Part shown: positions 1 through 13,465 of the stretch, piece after piece
Layout: each line of letters starts with the position of its first letter
How positions within the stretch are numbered: position 1 is the first letter of the stretch
NCBI GenBank assembly: GCA_976226885.1
Contig: OZ320315.1
Location: 81,344,001-81,408,000 of the forward strand
From: Iphione sp. A-MEVVRFRX5
Taxonomy: Eukaryota
Direction of reading: 5' to 3'
Length of the DNA: 64,000 nt
Position numbers and translations under genes: made by a program
The notes under the pieces: model-generated
The model's input: the letters and a program-made list of their open reading frames with translations, nothing else
What the model was told of the DNA's origin: nothing
Databases searched by the model: none

Positions 1-1055
1 ATCCGTTGAAACGATCACATTTTGGCCGTTGTGGGAGGTAACTCCAAAGCTGAGGTTCATATGATGGCAATCGTTTATGTAGCTTTGTATCAGAGAAAAA
101 ATACAAAGGGGATTAGAATTAAATATACAGCCTTCCAGTTTTGATTCGATACAGGCTTTCATTATAGACAAAGATAATGTCAATAAAAATAGCTCTACAC
201 AGACAGCAAGAATGCGCCGGCCTTGGCTTATGGCGGCACTGTGTAAAAAATGGCTTGGTGTCATCTGAGCGAGAATAAAAGGAGTATGTAAAGAACATGC
301 CGCTCCTATTGTAGAATCATTCAAAAGTGTGACAGAGCCATTTCAGTCCACGACTGAATGTCGTCTGCTTGAGATCTATGGACACTCAAGGAACAGTTTG
401 AAGACAATTGCCTCATTGTTAGAAGTCGACATCAGATCCGTCGCAAATTAGACATGATGTTCTAATGGGAAAGGTAGTATAACTAAGAGGGTTGAAGCAG
501 TGGCACATGAAAATTAGAAGATCCGTCTGGAAGCGCTTTTTGTCAAATAATTTGTAAAGCAATGTGTAGTATTCATTGAAAAAATTGAGTAGGCCTGTCC
601 TGGCGGCCCATTTTTTATGGATACAGTGCAAACTTTACAGGTAAGCTACTTACACATTTAACAATATTCTGTCAAAGGATAACACAAGACGGACTTTAAC
701 ATGCTATTTATTATTCACACGCGATCACTACTCGTAATCAGACAGTGCTGCGATGCAGAAAGCCTAGACCACATTCATCACTATATTTAGAGTGAAGTGT
801 TTCTCTCCTGGGAGGCCGACCGGCAGCTCGAAATAGATATAAATAATGAAGAACAATGTGGGTGAGAAACTGCAGAAGAACTAGGCGAAGAAACTCTAGG
901 TCACTGTCTCACACTAGATTCGTCAACCTTCAATCCCCACAGATATACTGCTTTGCAGGGCATGAAACACATTCGTATGCCTAAAAATGTGACTGCATTA
1001 CCTTTTTACACTGTAAGAAATTGATACACACCATTGTATGTTCTGAATAAGTGTA

Positions 1056-1086
1056 AATAAAGAAATCCAATTCAATTCAACTCAAA
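1056..1086 (+). mobile_element. Possible 3' tail of a LINE/SINE remnant
   Basis: AATAAA at 1056-1061 followed by a short (AATTC)n-like tail (caattcaattcaactcaaa), the usual form of CR1/L2-type 3' ends. No coding body was recognised upstream. Confidence 0.25.
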
Positions 1087-4000
1087 CTGAAGATCCACAC
1101 TCTTTATTGTCACTACAGGTACATGCTTGTGCAGACTCGAGCACGACTTGTAAGCTGACAGAATAGAATTCCCCGACGGTGCGTCGCTCTTGCAATAGAT
1201 TTGGGTGCTTATCCTAAATCGTGTCCGAGTCTTCTAGATCTGCTGGCCGTGCATTCCCGCTGGAATGGCGATACGATAAAGACCGAAAAAATGGACGTCG
1301 GATTTATGAATCGTAGACCCCATTTCAGACAGAAATGGGCTCTTGTGTGGCATTCCTACAGACGCTGTCGTAGTTGGCCTTCCGCCAAGTGGTCGAGCCC
1401 ACGGACTCATGCTCCACGCTCAATTAGATCAAGACTTTAATTAGATGTACGAGTCATTGATCACATCACTGGTTTCCTTCCACTGCCGACCACTCGGGTA
1501 TGGTGTAAGTCTATTGTTTTCAACCGGGGCGGAGTATATATATATTTATTATCCTTCGACCTTATTATCCGCCCGCGGCTGGCGGCGAGCGGGGGTCTAA
1601 TAGCCGCTCCACCACGCAGCCAGGCCCGCTGTATTAAGAGCCGCCGTCGGCTGCCGTTAGTGGTCGCTTCTCACCAGGCAATCGGACTCGATAGCAGCCG
1701 CCGAGAGCCCGCCCGCCCGCCGACCTGATCATGGGGGTCACCGCCCGCAATATGGTTGACTAGGGGAGACGCCACCGCCACCGCGGCCGTCGCGCGCACT
1801 CCACCGCTCACGGCGTGTGCGCGGCGGGGGCGGCGGCGGCGGCGACGACGGCGATGGCGATGGCGATGGTGGCAAACGGTTCGATGGGAGCGCTATTGCC
1901 GATTCTCCGTCGTGGTAAACAGGGAACCGGTATATTGCAAGGCCGGGGCCAACGACCGCCGGGATAAAAGCTGCAAGGGTAAATATTCGGTGCGGGGGAG
2001 TGGGGTGCGCGGCAGTTGTAACGGCACACTGAGCAATTCTTTTAGCGCGGTATATCTTAAAGCGGGAATCTAATTGCCCGCAGAAGACAAAGCAATCAGG
2101 GAAGAAGCTCCGATGGGGCTTGTCGCTACGCTATCCAGGGTGAATCAATTTCAGAGGCAAGGGACACGGACCCGACCCGGGGGACTCGTAAAGGAGTTAC
2201 TTGTGTATACGATTTAGTGGTTGGCGGGGAAATTCCTGTAGAAAGGAAGGAAATGCAATGTGGATACAAGGAGGGTTCGCTGCACAGACGACAGAGTTTG
2301 GACGAGACGAGTTGGGAGGGTGGTGAGGTATGGTGGTAGGCAGTGGAGAGCCGGTGGTTCTGGCGTGGAGGGGTGTCAGATCGCCTAGGGGTGGGGGTAT
2401 AGGCAAGGTCTGGCCGGGCCGATTGACCGGGAATCAATAGTCGTGACTATTGAGGAGGTTTCCGCCGCCAGCGGGCCCTCATTCAATTACATATCAGGGC
2501 CGCGTGGTGGCGCGCGCGGGCTCACAGCCAATCATCCCCACATAAAACCCATCCTACCTCCACGCCGCTGTCAGGAATATTTGCATGTTTGGCAGGCCGA
2601 AATAGATCCGGCCGCCACGAGAAATGGAATCTGCGACCAGTATCTGACCACCGGCTCAACATCAGCGGCCCAGTCAGCCTGTCTGCTACAGTTCGGGACA
2701 GACTCTTGCAGCATCTATATAGGCGATGGACGTAGACAGGGCAGCTAGCCACTGTACCCGGCGACAGGCAGATGGCGTAGACACGCTGGCAACACCAAGG
2801 TCAGCCTCAAGCGCCGGGCATAACCTTCTGGGAGTCCCCGGGGTTAAAGTGCACCTGAAAATGTAATGACCTGTTCGCCCACATTATACGTCCCTGCGAT
2901 TCAGACTTCAGCTTTCATTCGTGTGGTGCGCACTCTCGCCGAAAACGATAGCGAAAGTATGAAGGAAGTAAATATTCAGGAACGACAGAGACCGAACATC
3001 AATACTGTTTGCTTTGCACAGAATCCCATATGAGATAAAATAGTATACTGCTTCTGAATAAAACAGAGTTTTTGAGCGAATGTGTTTTTCTTAGTTGACT
3101 AATTGGCCAGGTTTCCAGCCTACGAGCCTTTAAGTTGCCGTGGAAAAAATAATAACGCAGCCATAAATGTTATGGATATTATTTCTGGCTGACGGGTACT
3201 GACTCGACAAAAATCAGTCTCCACACGCACGAAATGTATTTAAAACTACCTCACCAGGTTATTGGTGCCAACTTAACAGAAATACATGCACAGTGTACAT
3301 TGCGCCAGAAGCAGCATCCGTAGTAGCGCATGCACATGTATAACCAAATAAGTGATGGATCAGACTCTCTTTCTTAGTAAATCCTTTGTATTACAATCAT
3401 ATCAAACTCGAATTTCCTGCGGTACCTCTGGTGAATTTTTGCAAACAAATGTACTTCTATGTAAATGGGAGAATGAGCTTAGTTGGCTAGAGTGATGAGT
3501 GGCACTGGCTCACTGGTCTAGAAGCTTTAGGTCATGTAGTTTCAAACCTAGGCGTGAGACTCTTGATCATGACCCACAGGTTTACTATGGGTTCATTCCA
3601 GAATGGTCCACAACTGGGTACAAACAAGTCTTGCCTCCTATGCACAAAAAAGAATCCAAAACTTATTTGAAATGAGAATAGGGGCAACCACTAGTATTCT
3701 GGTCTCGGAATTTTCAGTTATAGATGGTAGGATGCTACCCCAGGATTACATGAAGAACAGCTGACAAGAGGGCTGAATACTCCAGGCAAAATATATGACG
3801 AAATGGAATGAAAAGCGTGGCTGTTGCTCATCCACTATGGATCTCACATATGGCAGAGGCGGCGAATCCAATGTAGCCTTGATTACTTCCTGTTCCAGCT
3901 TTTCCCGCCAGCTGGACTTGACCTATAGTTATTTCAATCTTGATAATCCAGAGTCTAGTGAAAAAGCTATGCCCCAGATGGTTTATTGGAGACTACAACA

Positions 4001-4099
4001 TGGATGCAATCATTCTAGGAATGTATCTATGCGATTGTGTCTACTTTATCTTATCTGGTTTCAGCACCAATGAAATGTCGACTTCATCAGTTAACCATT

Positions 4100-5034
4100 C
4101 CTGATATACATGTATATCTTACTTAATACACGACTCCCGTGATAGCTATTTGCCGTGTCCTAGAAACCGATACGTCATGTGCCTACTTCAGTGGCTATGT
4201 AAGTCATATCTCCAATCCCCATAGGAAATGCTGGATGCAAAGTGGTCGTCTTGTGTACATGTCAATGATAATATGTGAGCACTCTGTTCTCCTGAGCAAG
4301 ATACATAGAAATTTCTTGAGCAGATTTTTAACCAGTCATTTCACTCTCTAATTTTCTTGTCCTTGTATTCATACGGGGTTATGGTAATATAATGTGTTGT
4401 TTGAGGGGGAGATGGTAGAATACCTGAACTTGCCCTCTTATCATTATATTAAATCAGTTATCTTGGTGCTTTTTGTACACAGGACAAATGATGCATTCAC
4501 TGCCTTTCAGTTGACGACCTTTTTCTAGTTGCCTCATACGTGTATATAATTTATCTATGGCCCATGAATAAAGTGCACAGGTGCTAATGTTTCATCCTGA
4601 CATGCCAGATAAGTGCGTCTAATAGAATCTGATATTCGGCTTTGATATCATTCCCAAATTGGGCATCATTTCTCAGAAGAGTATTTTGAAAAGAGTACAG
4701 TGCTATTTCATATATAAACACCATTATTAACACAAAGCTGTCAAATATTTTGCCTTTTTCTGTTCGCTCCGGCTAATTAATTACCAGAGTGGGCTCGATG
4801 CACCTGAACAGTTTTATTTCTGAAAATAGAGCACAATACTTTGTATTCCATGGGCGATTCTATTCCCGCAATATAAAGGAAGACTGGCCTATTTAGGTGA
4901 GAACTTTCTATTAACTGCTTTAGGTAAAGAAAAAAGTTTGGACCAAGCCAAGTGGACACTAGGCACGCGATCGAGAAAGTTCCCGAGGAAGTAGTTAATC
5001 GACCCCAGCTATTTGCGATATGTTGAAGCCTCAA
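4100..5034 (-). mobile_element. Decayed non-LTR retrotransposon RT fragment
   Basis: ORF 4777-5034 contains LGPNFFLYLKQL...FLYIAG. The spacing from LGP to LY (20 aa) equals that of LGPLLFLIYIND...LYADD in the LINE at 48684-49745. Downstream frames contain stops. Confidence 0.35.
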
Positions 5035-5269
5035 AGGAATAATACATGTATGTACAGTGAACTTGTGTCCACGCAGGTCGTGGTCAGTAAATGATGGATG
5101 GCAGGCAGAGACGGCCGCCCGAGAAGGAAGGAGGTCGCCACCTTGATCGTCAGGCCAGATGCTGGAGGTTAAGGTGATGACCAGGGTCCGGAAGGGCAGG
5201 CGCCAGATAATAGGCGGCGCCAGTTAAGACCTGCCTAATAAGGCGAGCACACGCGGCAGGACTCTCAAG

Positions 5270-5840
5270 TTGCCAAGCGGACGATCCCTGTACTCCCTCA
5301 CCTCGCCGTGTGTCGACATGCCTGTGGGTTCCCTCCTCTGTTCAGGCCACTTGCTCTTCGTCCTCCTACTCTCACATCTTCTGCTGCTCTCGGTTCTCCA
5401 TCTCCTGTTGCTCTTCCATCTGCTACAGCGACTACTACTCCTACGGTTCCTTGTCATCTTCCTGTTCCTCCTGCATCCCCTGCTGCTTCTGAGTCTCCAC
5501 CTCCTCCCGTTCCTGCTCGATATTCTACTCCATCTACTATTCCTCTTTCCGATTCTTCGCCATAATGTTGCTGCTGCCGATGCTGCTCCTAATGTCCATC
5601 ACTGCTCCATTCCCCCTGATCTTCTACTCTTGTTGGTCCTTTTGCCTCGCCTGCTGTTCTCCCTCCTTCTATTCCCGAGCCTCTCTTTCCTCCTCCGTTT
5701 CCTACTGGTCCCTCTCCATCTGGTGCTTTTCTTGCTGCTCCAGCTGCTCCTTTTCTTCAGCTTACTCATCCAGCTGACGCTACCTCTTTCCTCCGACGAG
5801 AGGAATCCAGCATTAGTCGCTGCAGACCAGAGCTAGCCTT
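5270..5840. repeat. Pyrimidine-rich low-complexity tract (CCT/CTT/CTG-rich; GAG/CAG-rich on minus)
   Basis: Direct composition. Plus-strand frames give Leu-rich, Pro/Ser-rich and Ser/Cys-rich translations, as expected of a degenerate trinucleotide-like tract. Confidence 0.6.
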
Positions 5841-8800
5841 GCCAAGGAGCAAATCTGCTATACGAGCCTGGCGGCGGTCGCGATCGGGCACCATTTAATC
5901 CGAATATCGCGCCGAATACTGGCGGTGCTGGCGGGGGGGGGGGGGAGGGGGCTTCGGAGGTGGTGGGGGGAGGGGTGTGGTGAGCGGCACATTAGCAGCA
6001 GGCCGGACGTGCTTAGGAGACAGGCCCCGCCATCCGATCCCCAGCTAACTCTCTCTATTCACCTCCTGGTGACGTCCCCCTCCCTTTTTCTGCTTCTATG
6101 ACCTCAAAGGCAGGAAGGCCGGTGAAGGAAAAGGTCATTAGTGGTGCCATGTAGGCACTTAGTGACCGAATGAAAAAGGAAAAGGTCACCATACATCGCA
6201 GTGTAGATAGTCTTTACCGCTGCAGTGTACTCTGAAGGACTTAATGTTGCCACATACACGATATTGAGAGACGTAGACTGTGGCTCAGCTATCCGTCAAT
6301 ACGCAGACGACGACCACCAGGGAGTTGTCTCTTTGCCCAAGCTTCAGATATTTCCAGGTCTTGAATAGCAAACTTGGCTGACAGAATAAGAAGATGTGTT
6401 AGGACGAAGGTGTAGACTGATTAATTGGGTTTTTAAAATGGATATGTAACCGACAAATTCACAGGAAATAGAAAAGGTCGGATAAGGGGGACCACTGTAC
6501 ATGAAATTTTAGGAACAGATCATTGACAGATTCCTTCCATTATAGAAAGGTGGAATATATGAGTCATGTATGATGGACAGTTCCTTTTACTAACAACAAA
6601 ACAACATGTATTATATTCTATGCTAGGTCAGTAGATTTCGACATATTGCACCTACCCTGATGGATAAACACACTTACCAGCGCCCCTCAACTTCTCATTC
6701 AATTTAAATTAAGTTAATTAATTGCACGGCCGGTTTTCTCGATTTTTGAATTTTTATGCTGTGGGTGGATAGCCGTATCCAATAGACATTTGGTTGCGAT
6801 TCACGCACACTGCTCTTCCGGGAAGACAGATGAGTATCCCGGAATTAGAATTCGGCTTTGAGAGAATTCACTCCACGTTGTAGAAGATGAAAAAGCAATG
6901 AAGCTAGTTGGATATGCATCTAAATTAAGATTGAAGTTCCGGGTGAAATGACCTTCTTCCCTTCGGCAATGTATATTTAATATAAGAAGGACCCACTGTG
7001 GAGAGCATTTAACATATTCATCGTACTGGAATTTGCTTCAATGATGGTAGAGTTAACCCCCCTTGTATTGACAGCCTCATTTCGATTCATGTTATTTTAA
7101 TGCCTCATGCGTCACTTGACACGTTTTCTCATCCGACATTACGCTATCCCTGTGTGTACTAATCAAGCTGGTGTCGTAACACAAAGTGCCATTGAGCCAG
7201 GAACAAAGGTAGCGCACCCCATAACGCTTACGTGGTATGCCCGTCGAGGGTTATGACCAATCAGCGTAATCAAGTCAAACATTGACATGGTCATCAACTG
7301 TTTGCTCGCCCCATTACTACTGCAGTGCCAGCCTACCTCTACAGCCCACCTGACATCCTCGACGATTCTCAGCGTGTGCTGTGCAATGGACATGTTCCCA
7401 GCTCTAGTTCTGATCAATAATCTCTACGTGTACACGAGAAAATCTAATTAGAAAGATTTCATTAACTTCATTGCGGGAGCCACCTGGCTGTTGATCGAGC
7501 CGATCCCACGCTCTATCGTTGTCTAACCTGCGCTGCTGCTTCTCTCATCCCACTGCACTAGGAAAGCTTGACAGTGCATTAGAGTGTTAACCCTTATCGC
7601 ATGGCTATCTCTCTCCCCAGTTCGCACGTATCAATAAATGCCACGACAGCCTCGTGTACATGTTGTCCTTAATCTTCCGCAGATTTACCACATACCTCGT
7701 GACTTCCATCACACTGGTATGTACGAACAAATCCAATACCTTCTACTACGCCCTGTCTAGTAAGCGCATTTCTCTGTATTATCGACAGCACACTCTTGCA
7801 TATATAGACTTGGAGACAATGGCACGTAGAGGTAATGAATGTTAGCAGCGGGGCCTCTCCGCACCTGATGCTCTCTCCTCTTCTCCTCGCCGACGACAAA
7901 GGAGGCGACGCGGCCATTAATCCCAGAATAGCCCGCACTACAATCATTCCTGAGATCGAGCTTTAGGGACTGGTTGCCCCCAGTGAACGATCTCAAAGAA
8001 CTCATGGGTTGACGCCTTTCACGTGGAGGTGATTTGAAGAGGCGACGTGCCGGCTACGGGCTCGTGATCCACGCACTGACGCTCGCTTTGAGCCCGCCGT
8101 ACAGATGTTTTATTCCTGAAGGAGGCGGTTGGTGATATTGGCATTGGCTGACTGCCAGACGCAGTCCGACTATACTGGTGACTATAGGGAGCGGCACCAA
8201 CCAGCGGGCGGCGACGTCAAATGTATGGGTGAGCAACATGGTGGGTGAAAAAAAATATAATACACCATCCAACCATGGTGATCGGTCCTTCTCACAAAGA
8301 GAAATGCAAGTATTCTTGGTTGACCGGAACGCAGAACTGGGATTAGCACTGATGGCGATCAGTAGTGCTCAGACCTGGCTGTAATGAAGTACCCCTCCTG
8401 ATTTAGGCTCTCAAGACCTGCACTGCCGTCCTCCGCGCCGTCCAGCCCTTGTGGAGATTGAAGCAACTGCTATAGCGGTCCGCGGGCCGTTTGATCGCGA
8501 CCGGATGAAGAGGAGGGCCGCGCCTTTGGGCAGCAGCGCTGGTTAATCCAGCCTTCCGGTGCGGGCCCCAGCCTCCTTCTTAAGCCAGTCGCGATTCCCC
8601 ATGAAAGCAACGGGCCCCAAACGCCTCCGACGCCCATAGAGGGAACACCCAGCTACCTATCCCCTAGTTGGGCCAGGACTGCTCGCTGGCTGTGTCAGTC
8701 GAGCCCTTGGCGGTCGCCGTCCGCGTTTCCCAGCCTGGACGTGACATTGCCCTTCCTCCGGTCCTTTACCGGCGCCCTTCAATTTAGGCCTATTCTTCCT

Positions 8801-11800
8801 TTTACCATATTGAAGTTCCCTAATTCAAAGGAAACAATCACGAGCAGTTGCATCCCGACAGGCCTTTGCTGAAGGCTTTACAACACCGAGGAAACAAGTT
8901 CATTTATTTCTTCGATCAGGGGAACGTGTTCCTCGAACATACACGGGCGATGCTAGTGTTTTCTGTAGCGGTAATAAAGAACATCGATATTCTGAGCTGC
9001 CGTTTTGTATTTCTTAACCTTTGTAGTGTTCAACATTTAAAATCAATGAGAAACTTGTAATGAAGTGTCAGGGGGAAATCTTATTTCTCGCTGCAGTACA
9101 CAAGACAACGATGATGGATTACGTAAGCCACAATTAATTCGTGGCTGGATTAAAAAGACCTCAATGCGATTTCCCAGTTGATAATCTCATCGTGGATTAA
9201 TTTCTTAAATGAAGTGGCAGTCTTCACCGCTATGTTTTTCCCTGCCTCCATTGAGAAGGAGGATAAATGACTTGTTCATCAGCCTCATTTGAACGTTCTG
9301 AACACAGGAGCCCGGTCTAGATTATGAAAAGTCTACAGAGGCTGTACCGTTTATCCACCTAACCGGCGTCAGGCGAGTTCCTATGGGACGGCTCGTGTTC
9401 GTCAATAATCCAATTTTCTGGAGGGGAGTTCAGCAGGCAATCTGTCGATGTAGCCTCGGTGATAGCCACCATCTCTCTCCGCTTACATCTTTGACGAAAC
9501 GACCATTACATACTCGTAGGTATTCTTTAAGCAGACTCTCTCCTGCACAAGGCCTACCCTGAAGCCTCCAAGTATATTGATAAGGGGGTGGGGTGGGGGG
9601 ATGGACGAGAAAATCCTCACCAATTCAACTAGTTTCCTAACATATACATACACATGTATTTCCATATTGCTGTGCGTGACACCTCTGTATTGTAAAACTA
9701 ACTGTATTTAAAAAGGTTAGCTATCAAATGTCAGAGGACTTTCAAAGGGAATAGGCCAGGGACATTTCTATATACTGTTTTTTTGGCTACCACAGTAGTC
9801 TTGTGGACACTACGGTCTGCAGTACATATTAAACAGTCAGCAAACTGACAAGATTTCTAGCACCTCTGCCGTTTTTTGCTACTACTGCCCAACTGGAATG
9901 CAAGATGAACGCCACCTTGTCTCATTGAGGCTTCACAACGTCAGGGCAAAAGGGATACCCGTCCATCTACTTCTGATGTCCATCAAAGTGGCTGCGTTTA
10001 CTGAAGTAGCTAAACGGACCTGCACGGAAGTCCTACGACAGGCGCTATATTAGGTAAAGTGCTTTGCAGGATCAGATAAGAGCCCGAGGACTCAAAATCA
10101 CCCGGGTCCTCATCGGACAATGGCCCGAGTGGGTCGTGCTGGGTGGCCTTTCCGAAGAGGAGTTAATAGGAATGGATGGCACCGCCCTGATGCTTATCTA
10201 GTGACCTGAGTATAGACACCGATAGCAAAGGTCACTTGGGCCAGCAATTGATAGTGCAGCCGCGGAAGCGATTGCTGCAGAGGCTACAGCGAAAGATAAC
10301 GCGAGGCCCGTGCTGCAATACCCAAGCATCAATTCCGTTCCGAGTGTGTGTTTCCTTTGTTCTATCAGCGATCGAATTGCCAGCATAGCAAACAGTTGGT
10401 CTTAAACACAACGCAACCGATGTTAATTGCTTGCCGTGTTCAATAGACATTCAGCTTTTTTTGTGCTCTTTGTATGAAATATCGGAAAAACACCAATGCT
10501 GAAACAAGACGTGTACCGAATAGACCATCTCCGTTTATTTCTGTGTAGAGAGGCTTCACTGATGTAGGTAGTCTTGCAAGTTAAACGATTTCTTCACATA
10601 GGATAAGTAAAAACGATATTTATACGATGTAAATACCATTACCCTCCAGAATTTTACAACGTAGACTGTTTCCATTTGGGGGATATGATACGGCTAAATA
10701 TTGCGGATCTCAGCATATTGTTATCAATTACCTTTTTATTTCACAGCTTTTTATGAAGCACATTGCAGAAAGTTGGCCCCTGATGTTGTTGCTATTTTTG
10801 ACCGCCGGTATTGCTGCTAGCGTTTGGATCCCGAACGGTGACGTTATCTCATTAAGCAGGCTTGCAGACGGGCCATAACATCATCACAATCCACCCATCA
10901 GATGAATAGGATATGACGGCAGCCAGATGTGCTGGCAACCTCTATTCCAATGCCTTTTGTCAACACTTCCCTGCAAAGCAAAACGATACTTTGCTCCATA
11001 TACCCATCAATAGAAACATAAGATTGATGCCAAGGGATTCTCGTTATTGTTGCAATTGTAACAATCAACGCTGTGAATAAGGCAATGCCCGTAACATGGA
11101 TTTATTTCTGGTGGCCGAAAATGTAATGATATTAATGGAAGTAGACTTCTCTACTGATGTAAGAGATATCAGCAGTTTAACGCGAGTGATTAGTTCGATT
11201 GTTCATAATTGCTCCATATGGTGGCTATAAAGATTAATTACGTTTGAGTTATACAAGATGGAGTTCGATGGAAATGCTATTCCGCGCAGAATATAATTGC
11301 ATCTGCGGATAACAGTTCACAAGCCTCTGCATATTCAGTACTAGAAGAGCTACTGCTCCTAATGGCCTAATCCCGCTCAGCAGCCCGATCTTGATCAATG
11401 CCGCCCATGTCCTTACGATAAAGCCCGGTGGAAGGGGAGTTGCTCAAGGAGCTGTCCAAGGAACTGCTCATACTTAAACGCCGGTCAACACAGAAGCATG
11501 TGAATGACATCAATGGTGAAGGACAATGGAGCAGATCGACAACAAAGCCCTGCTCAGAGCCGCTGCATTGTTAAAATAGGGCAGCGACGTGCACACTGAG
11601 CAAGCAGCTATAACCCGAGCAATAAGAACGTATGAAGAGCGACCTGTTTACGTGCGCAGTACCGTGCCAGTGGTCTAGTGAAGCCCTGTACATGACATCC
11701 ATAGTGCCTCACAAAAGTGACAGTTTCAGTGCTCGATTAGCAAGGGAATGATTTATTATGGCAGATTCCTTCATAATACCAGGTTGCAGTATCGGAAGCG

Positions 11801-13300
11801 TTCAACCATATAATGAGATGTAATGTCTTGTCTTCCTAAGAGAATGATATTACATTAATGTTTTCGTACCTCGGATTATATTGAATTTCACCACATTGAT
11901 ACCACTTTGCGGTAAGAGGCTGATGCATTCTAAAGATGAAAAAAATATGTAATCGTCTATTTAGGGAAACCAGCTGTTAGCAGTGTCCGGTATTTTTCCT
12001 AAGCGGTGAGATTTTTTCTTCCCCCGTTTTTTAGTAATGGCAGGCAATACAGGCAGCATCTCGGTCATGGAGCTTAGGGCCGGAGATCAGCTGGTTAGGG
12101 CCGGGCTGGCGTGTAGAGGGTAATCAGGGGTTGGCTGGCGGGCCTTGTCAGACATCAGTCTGAGGAAGCTGACCCCCCTTCAACCTGCAGGCGGTCCGAC
12201 TACGCAGCAATTCCCACTACCACCAGCACCTTTGGCACCGGGGGCCACTAACTAGTCTGAGCAGCCCAGAACGCCAATTTCGCCACCCATGCAATAGGCC
12301 TTATAATATAAACCGCCAAGCATCGTGTATTTCCGGCTTGTTTTCCCGCCATAGCATGGAAAAAATACGCACATTGCAATTGCAAATGGGGCGGGTAGGT
12401 CAGCGACGCACCGAGGTTACACCAACTGATGCAATCCCGATATGATTCGAATGGGCTTATTATTGCCGCTCCGAATTGGTGATCCTCGGGTTCTAACGAC
12501 GCAGCCATTTAAGCAGGCCGTGCACGGATGCCCCGTGTGCCTCGCAAACGCACGGAAAAACGCACTCGGAGACAATGCCTGGTTATAAAACTTCCATCCT
12601 CCCCCGTTTTTTCAGGCTTATTAAACGGAAGAAAGGCGACTCTGGAGAAAGGCTTAAGGGCATGATTTCGAAATGGAAGCAGAAGAACTGGTATTAAAGA
12701 TTGTGATCACGTGGACACGCGGCATAAGCCAATAGGGCGATTGCGTGATAAACATTTAAGTTGAGCACCGGGTTCAATCAAGCTACATTTGCCGCGAGTT
12801 ATTTACATCTTCATTAATGGTGCAAATGTAGAAGGTTCGTGAATATAAACGCCACAGATGTGTCATTATGCCGTTCATGCATGAGCAGGGGCAGCACCGG
12901 CAGGTGCATGTCTACATCTTACGATCAAATATAAAACTAATGGTATGGGAGACTACTGGACGTCTACACGGCAGTTTCAGCATATATAAAAGGTATAGTT
13001 CATCGGAGGTAGCAGTGAGTTACACAAAGGGCCTGTCCCATTTATGGCACATATGTACATGTACGTGCATACCATATAATACATATACTCTGAAACCGTC
13101 GATTGCTTTTATAAATATTGGTGTCCGGCTTTGTAAAACAGCATTCTTGGCCAGAGATACGGAATTTTCAATGACAATGCCCAGAGTTTTAAATAATTTT
13201 ATCTTGTAATGGTCAATTCTGCTTTAGTTGCTTAATTTACTAGTTCAACAAGTTTACGATGTTTGACTATAGTTAATCTAGTGATATAAGTGACGTCATA

Positions 13301-13328
13301 TCAAGGGATGAGCTACATGCAATCTAGT
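13301..13328. repeat. Left inverted-repeat core of DIRS-like element
   Basis: TCAAGGGATGAGCTACATGCAATCTAGT is the exact reverse complement of 17273-17300. Looser similarity extends outward to ~13270/17330. Confidence 0.9.
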
Positions 13329-13329
13329 T

Positions 13330-13440
13330 ATTATTTGTAATGCTTGGTTTGGGGATGCAGGACCCAAATTTGGTGTAGAGGAAGTCAGGACCACGCTCAT
13401 GTAGAATCGGACTTCCCATGGCAGGCCCTTGATATGACAC
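13330..13440 (-). pseudogene. N-terminal stub of DIRS-type pol (RT) ORF, truncated at the inverted repeat
   Basis: Across frames it reads GPAMGS / RFY / *AWS*LPLHQIWVLH..Y, resembling the DIRS pol start (VGGRLxxFxxAWxxLxxxxWVLxxIxxGY, from recall). The two TGA stops fit CGA->TGA deamination. Confidence 0.4.
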
Positions 13441-13465
13441 AACAGCAGTAGTGGGAGGAGAAGGC

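Noticed and set aside
187-590. Possible decayed hAT or SWIM-type transposase reading
   Set aside because: Only vague echoes (YTDS, CKEH, KRVEAV) with several stops; not distinguishable from chance.
3506-3660. tRNA-derived SINE (A-box-like TGGCTCACTGG, B-box-like GTTTCAAACC)
   Set aside because: Both boxes are mismatched, their spacing is only ~22 nt, there is no cloverleaf and no second copy in the window.
5270-5836. 188-aa Leu-rich ORF as a membrane protein
   Set aside because: Product of a low-complexity pyrimidine tract; no domain, splice signals or codon structure.
10780-11150. Merlin/ISXO2-like transposase echo on minus (WVYG, SDGW)
   Set aside because: Two short motifs in different frames with wrong upstream spacing; too weak to call.
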